A stretch of DNA of 39,092 nucleotides from Trichomonas gallinae (lineage: Eukaryota). The notes under the pieces were generated by a model. It did not search any database. It saw only the letters and a program-made list of their open reading frames with translations, and was not told the DNA's origin. Shown here piece by piece: positions 1 through 11,592 of the stretch. Position numbers and translations under genes: made by a program. Positions within the stretch are counted from its first letter, which is position 1. The number at the start of each line of letters is the position of its first letter. The stretch lies in assembly GCA_008369845.1 (NCBI GenBank), contig MRSU01006640.1, positions 1 to 39,092 on the forward strand, given 5' to 3'.

Positions 1-616
1 GACAAATTTTCTTAGGTTTACATGAAAATTGAGAATATCCCTGGTCTCACTTTTTATCCCTGGTTATTGCTCCACTGTAATCATCTCAATGAAAAAAAAT
101 GAAAGTTTGGCTGATATCAATATTTTATATAAATACTATTATAGTTCATATATTGATTTCATATGTTAATTACGTATAGAGAAATAAATCCATTGGTTGG
201 TTCATAAATTTTTAATTCCATATGCACTGGCAAGCATTAATGATGATCTCATTATCGGCTTATCAAACTATTATTATAACAGATTTTGGATACTGATACT
301 TTTTAAATGAATATTAGAACAAGAATAGCATAATGTTATATTGTAAAAAGTGAAACTTTACTCATATGTATTTTGAACTAATTCATAATTCACATTTTTA
401 AAGAATATATTTCTAATCATAACAAAAGCCAATTGAGGGAAAACATATGTTGATGGACAACTCGTATTTGACATAACAATAACATCTTCTATTTCAGCAA
501 ATACATTGCGAAAGGTAAATTTGACATATTTTATTTACATTGTCAAAAAATTAGACAAAAATAATTGAGCAAGTTTGTTTGTCAAAAAAATAGACAAATT
601 TTTTTTTAATCAAAAA

Positions 617-3208
617 ATGAGGACGCAGAAAGTTCAGCTGCTTTCCACGCGTCGTGGCAATGTTGTTCGTCTCGTTAGAGAGCACTACTTGAGAAATGAC
701 ATTGATTGCAGGCTTCCTGGCGCTTCTGAAAATCCATTCACAACAGAAGACGCAAAATTTGTTCTTGCAATCGATTCAGAGACTGTTTTGAACCAAATTG
801 ATGCATTGCAGCATCCTAAATTCACAAATGTTGTTATTTTACAAACAGTTTACGAAATGGTGAAACAAAAATCGCGTTCTATTCAGAAAAATCTCGATAA
901 ACTTCTCTCTACACCAGAAAAACACTTCATGCTTTTCGCAAACGAGCATTTAATCGAAACATATGTTGGACAATCTGAAGATATGACAATTCAGCAAAAT
1001 CATGATGCTAATATTATCAATGCATTGAACTACCTCAACAATAAATTCCCAGTTACGTTCATTTGCAACTTCGAAAAAGATATTGAACGCATGAAACAAT
1101 ATAACACAATCGAATTCCAAATATTAAACATTCACGAATTTGCTAAAGACGATGATTCTCTTGCCTCTCGTCTCACAACTGAAGATATTTTCTCACAAAG
1201 CCTTCAGCCAATTTATGATGAATATCTTCCATCAATAGATGTTCAAAAACTCTACAAGGAAGGTAAGGTCACAATTGGATACTTCTCAGCAATGCAACGC
1301 CAGCATGATCAAGGCGAATGTAGAAATGATAAGGAAACAATTATCTTAAATGACGCGAAAGCGGTCAACAGAGCCTTAGATGGTGACAGAATTGCCGTTA
1401 TGGTTAATCCAGAGAGCGAATGGATAGGTGGTTATCCAACAGGCAAAGTCGTTTCCATTCTTTCAAGACAAAGTCGCGTAATTTGTGGCACAGTTCTTCC
1501 CCCAAAGGTTCAAACCAACGATTGGCAGTCCCTTCTGGTTGTCCCGCAGCAGGAGAACCTCCCCAAGATCAGAATCCGCAGCCGCCAAGTCCAGGAGTTG
1601 ATAGGAATGAGAGTTCACGTCGCAATAGACAGCTGGGCGTCAAACTCTAAGTATCCTTCCGGCCACTACATATCTACCATCGGCCAGGCAGGCAATTTGC
1701 AGGCTGAATCAGAAGTCATCCTCATGACTAACGAGATTCCACATGATGCCTTCTCGGATGCTGTCTTGAACTGCTTACCGCCAAAAGATTTCGAGCCAAC
1801 GCCGGAAGAAATCAAGAGGAGAATGGATTTGAGGGACAGATGCATATGCTCCATCGATCCTCCTGGATGTACAGATATCGATGATGCATTGCACTACAAA
1901 GATATTGATGAAAATAGGTGCGAAATCGGTGTCCACATTGCTGATGTCTCCTTCTTCGTTAGAGAAGGCACAGCCATCGACTTGGAGGCGAGAGACAGAG
2001 GAACAACAGTATATCTTGTCGAAAAGAGAATCCACATGCTTCCTTCACTTTTGTCAGAAGATTTATGTTCAATCAGAGGCGGAATCGAGAGACTCGCATT
2101 CTCCGTTGTCGCCATCATGGACAAGAGAACAGCTGAAACACTGGACATCAAGTTCGGCAAGTCCATCATCAAGTCAAGGGCAGCACTTAGCTACGGTCGC
2201 GCACAAGAAATTGTCGAAGACGATAAAGATCAGAGCGAGCTGGCTAAAGGCATCAGAGGCTTATTGGCTTTGTCAAAGATAATGAACAAGAAGAGAATGG
2301 ATGCTGGTGCATTAACATTGTCATCTCCACAGCTTCACTTCACTCTTGATTCAGAAACAGCAGAACCACTTGCAGGCGAGTTATATCAGCACTTAGAAGT
2401 CAACAGCCTCGTCGAAGAGTTCATGTTGTACGCGAACATCGAAGTCGCCAAGAAGATCTATGACACTTTCAAGCAATCTGCAATGCTCAGAAGACACGAG
2501 TCGCCAATCGCAGCTCGCTTCGACTTCCTCAACAGGGCTTTGAAGAGATTTGGAATTCAACTGAATCCAGACACAAACAGAACTCTCGTTGACACGTTAG
2601 ACGCTGTCGGAGACAAAGTCAAAGATCTCGACAACATCGTCAGAATCATGACAACAAGATGCATGCAGTTCGCTAAGTACTTCGCGTCAGGAACGCAGCC
2701 TTACGACAATTTCAAGCACTACGGTCTCGCTATGCCAATTTACACTCACTTCACATCACCAATCAGAAGATACGCAGATCTTATCGTGCACAGGCAGCTT
2801 GCTGCTGCGATTGGATATGACATGGCTACAGATATGCTCAGCAGCAAGCTCGCCATGCAGGTTGTCGCAGACAAGCTTAACTTCAGGCATAAAATGGCAC
2901 AGGATGCAGGCAGAGCTTCTTCACAGCTGTTCATCATGGAGATGCTCAGGAGGACGCCAGGAAAGATAGAGGAAGGAAAGGTCATCAAGATCAAGCCAAC
3001 AGTGTTTGTCATATTGCTCGAGCAATACGGCGTCGAGGGACACGTACATGTCGATGGAGAGCAGTGGTCATTCAACGAAACAGAGGAAACGCTCGAGAAA
3101 GGAAATAGAAAGATATGCATATTCGACAAGGTGAAGGTCAGAGTTAACGTCACGCCAATTAACATGCATGGAAGATCAAGATTAGACTTAGAACTCGTAG
3201 AAGAGTGA
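617..3208 (+). CDS. DIS3: Exosome catalytic subunit Dis3/Rrp44 (PIN-CSD-RNB-S1)
   Basis: N-terminal RRGNVVRLVREHYLRNDI, RNB active site SIDPPGCTDIDDALH, HYGLAMPIYTHFTSPIRRYAD. First ATG is at 617, directly after TCAAAAA. Confidence 0.96.
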   Translation: MRTQKVQLLSTRRGNVVRLVREHYLRNDIDCRLPGASENPFTTEDAKFVLAIDSETVLNQIDALQHPKFTNVVILQTVYEMVKQKSRSIQKNLDKLLSTPEKHFMLFANEHLIETYVGQSEDMTIQQNHDANIINALNYLNNKFPVTFICNFEKDIERMKQYNTIEFQILNIHEFAKDDDSLASRLTTEDIFSQSLQPIYDEYLPSIDVQKLYKEGKVTIGYFSAMQRQHDQGECRNDKETIILNDAKAVNRALDGDRIAVMVNPESEWIGGYPTGKVVSILSRQSRVICGTVLPPKVQTNDWQSLLVVPQQENLPKIRIRSRQVQELIGMRVHVAIDSWASNSKYPSGHYISTIGQAGNLQAESEVILMTNEIPHDAFSDAVLNCLPPKDFEPTPEEIKRRMDLRDRCICSIDPPGCTDIDDALHYKDIDENRCEIGVHIADVSFFVREGTAIDLEARDRGTTVYLVEKRIHMLPSLLSEDLCSIRGGIERLAFSVVAIMDKRTAETLDIKFGKSIIKSRAALSYGRAQEIVEDDKDQSELAKGIRGLLALSKIMNKKRMDAGALTLSSPQLHFTLDSETAEPLAGELYQHLEVNSLVEEFMLYANIEVAKKIYDTFKQSAMLRRHESPIAARFDFLNRALKRFGIQLNPDTNRTLVDTLDAVGDKVKDLDNIVRIMTTRCMQFAKYFASGTQPYDNFKHYGLAMPIYTHFTSPIRRYADLIVHRQLAAAIGYDMATDMLSSKLAMQVVADKLNFRHKMAQDAGRASSQLFIMEMLRRTPGKIEEGKVIKIKPTVFVILLEQYGVEGHVHVDGEQWSFNETEETLEKGNRKICIFDKVKVRVNVTPINMHGRSRLDLELVEE

Positions 3209-3502
3209 AATATTATTTTTTATTTTTATAAATAATTGATATAAAGGTTGATTTTGCAAAAGAATTTTTACGTGTACATTATCATTAAGCTGATTTAATC
3301 CTTTGATTATCAAACATTAAAATACATTTGCTAAAAAATCCAACGATTCATAAAAATCACGCAACCATTATTTATTGCGCTATGAATTAAAGCTGTATAT
3401 AAGATTTTAGCGATAGTAATTAAATTTGACATATTTATATTTTACGTGGCAGTTTTAATATTCAATACTTTACGTGTCAATACTTTTTATAAAAATTTAC
3501 AA

Positions 3503-4354
3503 ATGATTTCAGGCGAGTTTTATAATGAAAATCCAAACCAATTCCAAGGAGGAAGGCAAGCTCCACAGCAGCCAAGTCCAATGAACAACTTGATTTCTCC
3601 AGAAATGTTCAAAATGGCGCAGATTTTCACACAGCAAGCACTGCCAGAAGAATTAAAGAATCTCGACCCATCAAAGATCGAGCAGAGGATCAATGCCTCT
3701 CAAGCATTAATTCCACCGTATTTTGCTGTTTCTAAAACATCAATCATTCACAGAATCAAGAATTTAGCCTGTCCATTCATTGTCAAACAGTGGTCTCGCT
3801 CTGTTCCAGATGGCCAGCAGTGCATTCCTCTCTCAAATCCAAACGCACCAGAATTATATACTCCAATCTTGTTCTGCCTTGTTTTCTTCTTACTTTCATC
3901 GCTCATTTCAGGTGTGCAAAACAGTTTCTCGATGGATAGACTCTATTCTAGCATGCTAAAATTCTCGCTCGTTATTACAGCAGAAGTATTCATCTCTAAG
4001 ATGCTTTTCAAGAATGTTGGCGTACAAGGAAACTACCCAATCTTGTCTCTCATCGCAGATTTCTCGTGCATTTCCTTCTACATCAGTCTCGTTACGCTTT
4101 TCTCGTGGAATTCATGGCTTTACTGGATTTCGTTCTTATACTGCGCATTATCTGCCCTCATCTGGACACTCAGAACTCTCAACAGCGAGCAGTGCATGGC
4201 AGGACGCCAAACATCATCAACTTTCATCACTTATATCTTACTTGGATTTGCTGTCTTCCAAATCATTCTTTTATACATCATGGCGCCAACAATATACAAT
4301 ATCGGCTCAAAAACTGTCGTAAAACAAGTACAAGAAGTTACAACTGTTGAATAA
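3503..4354 (+). CDS. YIF1: Yif1/Hrf1-family ER-Golgi membrane protein
   Basis: YFAVS...CPFIVKQWSR and NAPELYTP motifs, followed by about 5 hydrophobic segments. First ATG at 3503. Confidence 0.85.
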   Translation: MISGEFYNENPNQFQGGRQAPQQPSPMNNLISPEMFKMAQIFTQQALPEELKNLDPSKIEQRINASQALIPPYFAVSKTSIIHRIKNLACPFIVKQWSRSVPDGQQCIPLSNPNAPELYTPILFCLVFFLLSSLISGVQNSFSMDRLYSSMLKFSLVITAEVFISKMLFKNVGVQGNYPILSLIADFSCISFYISLVTLFSWNSWLYWISFLYCALSALIWTLRTLNSEQCMAGRQTSSTFITYILLGFAVFQIILLYIMAPTIYNIGSKTVVKQVQEVTTVE

Positions 4355-4634
4355 ATATATAAATTTTCTGTAAAGTCTAATTTATTATTTCTTAACATTA
4401 ACACTATACATTCACAACCAGAGAATTTTAATAGGTAGCTGTTTTTGTCATCAAAGAAACAAATTTTTTTTAATCAATATAATTTTCATTATATATCGCA
4501 AAATTAGAATAATGATGTGTATATATTCGATATAACAATTCAAACTAAAGTCAGATTTGTATGTAAATATTAATAATTTTTTTTTTTCATGATATAATCA
4601 AACATAAATTTTAAGAATTATATGATACATGCAT

Positions 4635-6413
4635 CTATAAGTTTGAAATACCGCTAGAATTAATCAACTTTGACATTCTTTCATCGAAATCATAATCTTC
4701 ATCATTCTTTGTTGACGAGTCAATAGCCCTGCGAAGTGATTTCTGTAGGGCAGCAAGCTCCATATCAATTTTCTGCTCGTCGTCATCATCATCAAGAACA
4801 GGCTCGAATTTGGAAGAACTCGAAGGTTTATTGAGCTGCTGTTTTATCGCCTTCAAGAAGCTATCAACGTCGCCAACTTCGCCATCCTCATCAAGAATCA
4901 CAGCTGCTCGCGATGATGACGTTAAAGCGGAAATTCTGCGCTCAAACTCAGCAATGTCTTCGTCTTCACTCGGGACATTAATCGAGTCAATCATAGAGTT
5001 CGAATTGTTCTTGAGCTCTGTGCTGCCAATTGACTCATTCTTTGAGCTCTCAGGAGAGATCGGCTGAGGAGAATCGAGTATGCTCGACTTAGATGGAGTG
5101 GATTGAGCGGAATTTATTGGTGTTTCGTTTTTGATTTCTTCAACTTTTTCTTTTTCCTCACTTTTTGTTTGAACAGTTTTTTCTTCTCTACTTGGCTGTG
5201 AATCTGACTGTTTGTCAAAAATGAAGTCAGGCTGGTTGTCGTCTATATCGTTTTCGTCTTCGTTGTTTCCTGAAGTGTCCATCAAGAGAGCGTGAGCTTT
5301 GTCAACAAGCGAGTCAAATTTATCTGTTCCTGATGATGTGCTCAAAACTTTGTTCACTTTATGGATGAGCGAAGCAGTTGAGCTCTGCTCACCTGGATAA
5401 GATGGAACTTTGGTAGAGCTGTTACTTGATGCTGTGCTTGGAATCTGAGAATACTGATCAGATGGCGGAAGAGCAAAAAGATTATCGTTCTTGAATGTGA
5501 ATTTTGGAATTGCTTTTCCTCTCGCTGAATCGAAGATTATTGAGCTTGAAACCGAACGATTTGAGCTTCCTGACTCTTGCAGGATCTCCTTGTTTGTGAG
5601 GACTCTGTCTACAGCCTTGCTGAGATCAGCTGGCTTCGTTAATCGAGAGAACTCTGGTCCCGAGCTGATATTTTCTGATTTTTGCTCGATTGATGAAACG
5701 TCTTCTATCTGCATCGGTGATTGTCGTGTTTTAACGCTGTTGTTATGCAGGAATTCATCATCTGAGTCTGTATATTCGAGAGTTTTAGTAACAAGAAATG
5801 GATTCTTAATATTGTGCGTTTCATCAGAGAATAACGCGGATGTTTCGTTAAAATTAGGTTGTGAGCTTTCTTTTTCGTATAAATGCGGCGAGTAAAGTCC
5901 ATCTTCGAAATTTTTCATTTGATTTTTCTTATCTTGGATGATTTTGTTGGCAAAATCTAATATTGCATCTGTATTTTCTTCCTCCTCTTCAAATATTTGC
6001 TCTTTATCGACTTTAGTCGTTTGAACAGGTTTATCTTCAACGATTTTATTTTCCTTGCTGGATTTTGATTTCTTTTTCTGTTTTGGCTTCTTTTCGTACG
6101 TATTTTGATTGCCAAGGCCACGTAAAAGGACCTTTCTTCCAAGTCTCTTTCGCCATAATTTAAGATTTTTCGTTAGCATGATTTTCTTAATTGTATCATA
6201 TAGTTTTTGTTCAAGAAAATAGTTCTCAAACTGATGGCCTAGTTTTTCCTGATCTATTTTTGTGATTTTGGTCTTTTTCGATGAAGTTGGATTAATTGAT
6301 TTCTTTGCTACAGTTTTTTCCTGCTGTGGCTTTTTCTCAACTTTCGGACATGCCCTTTGGATGGCTAATTGCAGCTTATTTAGTCTGTATATTAAATCAT
6401 TTTGTTCATTCAT
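4635..6413 (-). CDS. Hypothetical low-complexity protein (basic N-terminus, Ser/acidic C-terminus)
   Basis: 592-aa ATG-initiated ORF; no recognisable domain. Confidence 0.8.
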   Translation of the reverse strand: MNEQNDLIYRLNKLQLAIQRACPKVEKKPQQEKTVAKKSINPTSSKKTKITKIDQEKLGHQFENYFLEQKLYDTIKKIMLTKNLKLWRKRLGRKVLLRGLGNQNTYEKKPKQKKKSKSSKENKIVEDKPVQTTKVDKEQIFEEEEENTDAILDFANKIIQDKKNQMKNFEDGLYSPHLYEKESSQPNFNETSALFSDETHNIKNPFLVTKTLEYTDSDDEFLHNNSVKTRQSPMQIEDVSSIEQKSENISSGPEFSRLTKPADLSKAVDRVLTNKEILQESGSSNRSVSSSIIFDSARGKAIPKFTFKNDNLFALPPSDQYSQIPSTASSNSSTKVPSYPGEQSSTASLIHKVNKVLSTSSGTDKFDSLVDKAHALLMDTSGNNEDENDIDDNQPDFIFDKQSDSQPSREEKTVQTKSEEKEKVEEIKNETPINSAQSTPSKSSILDSPQPISPESSKNESIGSTELKNNSNSMIDSINVPSEDEDIAEFERRISALTSSSRAAVILDEDGEVGDVDSFLKAIKQQLNKPSSSSKFEPVLDDDDDEQKIDMELAALQKSLRRAIDSSTKNDEDYDFDERMSKLINSSGISNL

Positions 6414-6479
6414 CTGTTTTTTTTATTAATGTACGTTTAAGAAAAATGTAATGGACGAAAAAACCAAATAAAATGATCT

Positions 6480-6981
6480 CAATAGGCCATTTATCCCCTA
6501 CTAATCTCATTTTCGCCCGATTATCTCATAATAACTCACCAATATACTTGATGTCGCTTAGAACAGCAAAATTCTGGATCTTTCGGTGTAGAATGAACTA
6601 AATATGCTTAGTCTGTAAGATTTGTATCCAAATTTTTCTTCTTGATGTAGATTCAGCCGAAGAAAAGCTGACTTATTCTAAAATAACTTCTAGATGATGA
6701 TGAATAGCACAGCATCTACAACCATGCAGTAGATATTCCACATCCTGTTGGAAATGATTCTTATACCAAGATCATCGAAATAATATAGTAATTTTCACAC
6801 TCGGTGCTTACAGATTAATTAATTATTTCACATAGTCGACATTTGATTCAGAAAAAGCCGTTGCAAGCGTTAATTAGATCGAAAATGATATAGAATTATA
6901 TCCGTCTACAGAAATGATATTATTTCCTGAATTTGCTGGACATTGGATGAGCACAGAAGCAGATTCACAGCTGCCAGACAT
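6480..6981 (-). pseudogene. Probable decayed protein-coding gene
   Basis: TCAAAAAATG start context, then MSGSCESASVLIQCPANSGNNIISVDGYNSISFSI*LTLATAFSESNVDYVK*LINL*. Coding-like composition with several stops and an apparent frameshift; 3' boundary is approximate. Confidence 0.45.
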
Positions 6982-7512
6982 TTTTTGAATCTGAAATATA
7001 CGAAAAAGGCGTTTTTCTGCATTTTAAATGTGCTACGAATTCTTTTTAGTGCTATTATTAATGATTTAAAGTGCAAATCAGTCTTATTTATAAACTATAG
7101 CTTGATTTAAAAATCATTGTAAAGTATTATGTAATTTGCATTTTTCTGATTAATGATATATATATAGATAGGAGTTGTGATTCATAATACAATGAAGTTA
7201 AGCATGATTCAACATTATGAATGAACATCCAAAGAAACAAAGAATCAAGTCAAATGAAGGAGTACAACATCATATTCATATCACTTACGTTGTGTTGCAT
7301 GTATGAATAGAAATAGAATTTATTCTGAAGTTCCACTTCTTTCATATCCGTATTCAAACATGATGTTTTTCGATCATTTTTTATCGTGCCAATTATATCA
7401 TGGCATATTTATATAAACTGTATTGCCTTTAGAAAATGATGATATCACAAAATTACATAGTATTAAAATAATAAATTTTGGCAATATCTATATATTACTA
7501 ACAATAATATAT

Positions 7513-10500
7513 TTACAAACAAATAAAATCGGTGTTTTCGGATGTTATCTGATAAGGAGACACTTCAGCCCACATCAGCGCAAATTCGTATGAGATAACT
7601 TTTTTGTCGCATATATATGGCTGCCCTGATGCAACGAAGGAATGTAACTGCGTGTAGTTTGATGAGTTATGCGATTTCCTACCAATTGACTCGATTGTCT
7701 TCGATTTGAAATTTCGAACGACTTCGAGCATGTTTCTGCAAGGATTTAAGCATTTTTCTGTCCATTCCTGTCCTATCTTCTGTGCGAAGAATGTTGCCTT
7801 CTCGACTATCTTTGGCAAAATTACAAAATATTTTCGCCAATATGCTTTGTAGAAGGAAAGAATCAAAGAAAAGAACACGATAGATGACGCGTCATCATTC
7901 GAATATTTGACTGGGACATTTTCTATCAACTTGAACAAGCTTTCTAGTCTACAGAAGTCGAACTCTTCTTCCTGCATCATCTGCTTAGAAGCTGATATAA
8001 AGTTCTGCACATTCTGCTGGTAAACATCGAGTGGATCAAATTTATAATAATTTGAAAACGATTTGACAAATTCTTCGTATGTATCCGGAAACTTGCGAAA
8101 TCCCGTGCTCAGCATCAGGAACCTGCTGATGGAGTTCTTAACGATCTCCAGCTTTGATCCAACAATTTTATCGACGAAATATGCAACAAGAGGAGCTCCA
8201 TGTCTCACAAGAAGGTGGCAAGCTTTGCAGACATCGCCAATGGAAAGATAGCAACAACCCGCCATAACAACCTCGCCTTCTTTCAGTAATTTCTTGGCCT
8301 TCTTTGATGCTATGGAATAAGCTAGATAAAGGTCGCTGTTTTGGAATTGAAGGTCCATGTATTTGAATGTTTGCTCAGTCATTTTATTGTCAACAGCTGC
8401 AATTTCCGGCTTCTTTATCAATCCGTTTATTCCTGCGACACTTAATAGCATTTTATCTTGATAATCGTCGCAATTCTCAACAGCCGTTTCGATATCGCCG
8501 ATGGCTACAGACAGGGCTATTTGTTCCTTCTTCTCGAAATTCTCTAAAGACTGAGAAACCATATCCTTCCAAAACTCGGCGGAAACAGCTGGAGCTGCTG
8601 CCAAAGCTTTCTTCGTTTCTCCAGCTGACATCATCAATTCGCAGTATCTTCTGATATTGCCGGACCTCAGCTCTTCTTTTGCTGCTTCGATTTGCTTGTC
8701 CCTAGTCATGATGACCCTCTTAATTAGTGGTACTTTTTCCGCGCTTTGCAGCATCTTTTCTGCGTACTTCGAAGACATTCTGACCAAATCATTTATATGC
8801 TGAGGCTCTGATTTCTTGAAGACGACCTTCTTGTCTTTCGCAATCCTGTGTGCCAGCTTGATGGTCTGGTTGACGCCTCTCATAGGTGTTATCCACCTTA
8901 TTAAATCGTCGATATCATCTTGAGAATTGAATAAATGCATTATTTGCTTTTTCACGAAAATTCTGTTGATGGCCAGGAATCTCAGTGTTGAGTCCGTGCA
9001 TGTTGTTACCAGTAATAGAGGATGTGTCGGGGAAACACAAATCGTCGGAATCGCAGAGTTGTGTATATTAAACTTGCAAACAATGTTTTCATATTTTATC
9101 GATAAAACGTTGATCGCGAAATCTTCGCCGCATGTTATTAGTATATCATCAAAGAAAGGGTGGAAGATCGCATTGAGGCATGCTCCGGAGTGGACTCCTA
9201 TGTACTGGTGTATAATTGTCATAGCGGCAATGTTGACTGTTATGACTCTTCCGTCGTCAAATGTCAGAGCGAGCATATCTGGATTTTTCGGCGAAAAGAT
9301 TAAATTCGTTGGATGTGTTTCAGGCAGTCTTATAGATACTGTTCCAGTGTCATCGAATATCATTAATATACCGTCAGCTGTTGCTATAGCATAAAGGCCT
9401 GGCTTGTGTGGTGAAAAACCGCCACAAAGAACATTTTTGATTTGTTCGTGATGCGAAAAAGTGTTTTTCTGCACAATGTCGATGATTGCAACCTTCCCGC
9501 TCGTTGATATGCAAAGAACGTGAGATGGTTTATGCCTACACACGGAAATATGCCTGATGTGGCCTGTCGAGAAACACGGAATTTTTGCCGTAACTTGTCG
9601 TCTTTTTTGCGATATCACATAAACGGCACCATCTGTTCCTCCTGCTACAATTGTTTCCCCGTCTGGGTGTAGATCTGAAGAAGAAGTCGCGACTTGGTAG
9701 TTTGTGATTTCAAACCTGTCTATTAGCGAAAAATCGTTCAAATCCCAATAACAGAAAGTTGAGTCGCATGAATTTGTTATTAAAACATCAGGATTCGACT
9801 CCATGATGAACATTCGGGTAATCATGGCTGAATGTGGGGCTGTCGCTTGGAATAGTATCTTCTTTTTGTCAATATTGTAAACACAAACCATTCCATCTTT
9901 AAATGCAGCAAAAATATTCTGATTTTTAAGAGAAATTGCTTGGAATGCGCCTGCTTGTGTTATGTTGAATGAAAATACTGGTGTTTGGGAGCCAGCACTC
10001 CAAATTTTGATTGATCCAATATTTGGATCTGTTGTAATAAAGTGTCCTGGCATCATAGGCAGCCATGATGCTGATGATATCTTGTAGTTTGTATCAACTC
10101 TGTTGATTAAAGTCAATTTGTCTGTGATTTGATATAAAAATATTCCACCATTGAGCGTAGCTATTAAAACATTCTCATTATTCAATGGATCGAACTCTAT
10201 TGAAACAATTTCTTGGTCTATATTAGTTTTGTCTTTTAATTTTAAATTTACGAATAATTGAATTGTTCCAAATCGATTTCCGCCAACAATTTTTGGATCA
10301 GATTCATTACTTACAGCGCAGCATAGCATTGATTCATAAAATGCATTCGCAGGAGTAATTGTTGAAGAACCGCAATCGATTGTGTATGATCTAGTGAATC
10401 CTTTTGAAAAACCAAGTATTTTCTTTGTTCCATATATCCACCCTAAGCTAAATATGGGATCTTCAGTACGAAATGTCGCTAAAACATATTTATTCGATAT

Positions 10501-10764
10501 TGAAAGTATAGTAATGCTACTGTTTGCGAATGAAATAACAAGTAAATCCGGATCTGATTTGCATAAGTCGATTGTTACTGGCGAAACAAAGCTTGTTGTC
10601 GGTATTAAAACTATTTCTAATGTATCGATATCTCTCACAACGCAAGAAGTCGAAGAACAATATGCGAAATAGAGAGAATTTACTGAAAGAACTTGATATG
10701 CGCTAACCTTTACGCCTGGATCTGTCCAAGCAACGATTTGCGCACTGCAAGCTTTCTCCTCCAT
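7513..10764 (-). CDS. WD40-repeat protein, WDR17-like
   Basis: Multiple WD repeats; GNIRRYCELMM..KALAAAPAVSAEFWK and the C-terminal ALMWAEVSPY resemble WDR17 conserved blocks. Confidence 0.85.
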   Translation of the reverse strand: MEEKACSAQIVAWTDPGVKVSAYQVLSVNSLYFAYCSSTSCVVRDIDTLEIVLIPTTSFVSPVTIDLCKSDPDLLVISFANSSITILSISNKYVLATFRTEDPIFSLGWIYGTKKILGFSKGFTRSYTIDCGSSTITPANAFYESMLCCAVSNESDPKIVGGNRFGTIQLFVNLKLKDKTNIDQEIVSIEFDPLNNENVLIATLNGGIFLYQITDKLTLINRVDTNYKISSASWLPMMPGHFITTDPNIGSIKIWSAGSQTPVFSFNITQAGAFQAISLKNQNIFAAFKDGMVCVYNIDKKKILFQATAPHSAMITRMFIMESNPDVLITNSCDSTFCYWDLNDFSLIDRFEITNYQVATSSSDLHPDGETIVAGGTDGAVYVISQKRRQVTAKIPCFSTGHIRHISVCRHKPSHVLCISTSGKVAIIDIVQKNTFSHHEQIKNVLCGGFSPHKPGLYAIATADGILMIFDDTGTVSIRLPETHPTNLIFSPKNPDMLALTFDDGRVITVNIAAMTIIHQYIGVHSGACLNAIFHPFFDDILITCGEDFAINVLSIKYENIVCKFNIHNSAIPTICVSPTHPLLLVTTCTDSTLRFLAINRIFVKKQIMHLFNSQDDIDDLIRWITPMRGVNQTIKLAHRIAKDKKVVFKKSEPQHINDLVRMSSKYAEKMLQSAEKVPLIKRVIMTRDKQIEAAKEELRSGNIRRYCELMMSAGETKKALAAAPAVSAEFWKDMVSQSLENFEKKEQIALSVAIGDIETAVENCDDYQDKMLLSVAGINGLIKKPEIAAVDNKMTEQTFKYMDLQFQNSDLYLAYSIASKKAKKLLKEGEVVMAGCCYLSIGDVCKACHLLVRHGAPLVAYFVDKIVGSKLEIVKNSISRFLMLSTGFRKFPDTYEEFVKSFSNYYKFDPLDVYQQNVQNFISASKQMMQEEEFDFCRLESLFKLIENVPVKYSNDDASSIVFFSLILSFYKAYWRKYFVILPKIVEKATFFAQKIGQEWTEKCLNPCRNMLEVVRNFKSKTIESIGRKSHNSSNYTQLHSFVASGQPYICDKKVISYEFALMWAEVSPYQITSENTDFICL

Positions 10765-11592
10765 GAAATTTGAGCTTTTAATTCGATTTTATGATTATTT
10801 ACGCTTAGCAGACTTTAAACATTTTGTTTTTTCGATCAAAGAATTCGCGATCAATAACGTGCTAATTTCAAAACTCAAAATTTAGGCTCTTAATCATTAA
10901 TAATGCTATATACATTAGCATTATAGTATATATTTAATAGCAAAATTAAAAATTAGCAAACAAGAGAAAGATCTTTTCACAATCAACTCATTATCAATTT
11001 TAAGAATAAATCATATGTATATTTGGATATTTTATGTAGTAGATGATAGCATTATTAAAGTTTCCTCTATCATTCGAATGTTGTTCAATATTGTTAACAA
11101 AACTTGAGTAATAAGCAGTCACCTCGCCATATAAGTATTTATATAGAAAACTAACTATAGCATGTGTTATTTCACATAGTAGTTTTTAATGTTATTTATG
11201 TGTTATAGCATTAATAATATAATAATTTTATTTGGGCTGTGATTTCAGCAACAAGCGTTTAATATTGACTATATCATATACCATCATAAACTTCATGAAG
11301 AAATAATATGAGTTTCCTGTAACATCTTTTGGAAATATCCATCACACAAAGATTTTCCTGCATGATGAATTTTCCTCAAACGCACTTCAAGCATTAAGTT
11401 CAGTACAGAGAAAAGCTTTGAATATCGATGTTAATAGTTTTATAACAATATTTTTATAACATCATTAGAAAGAGAAAGAAAGAAAATGATTTTCTAATTT
11501 ACATGTCAGATATGTTTTGTGATGTCAAAAAATGATTTTTGAAATTTACGTGTCAGATATATTTAGTAATGTTAAAAATTTTGTCAATTTTT

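Noticed and set aside
240..296. ATGATGA...CTGA box C/D-like pair
   Set aside because: Short, no terminal stem, no recognisable rRNA guide; expected by chance in AT-rich DNA.
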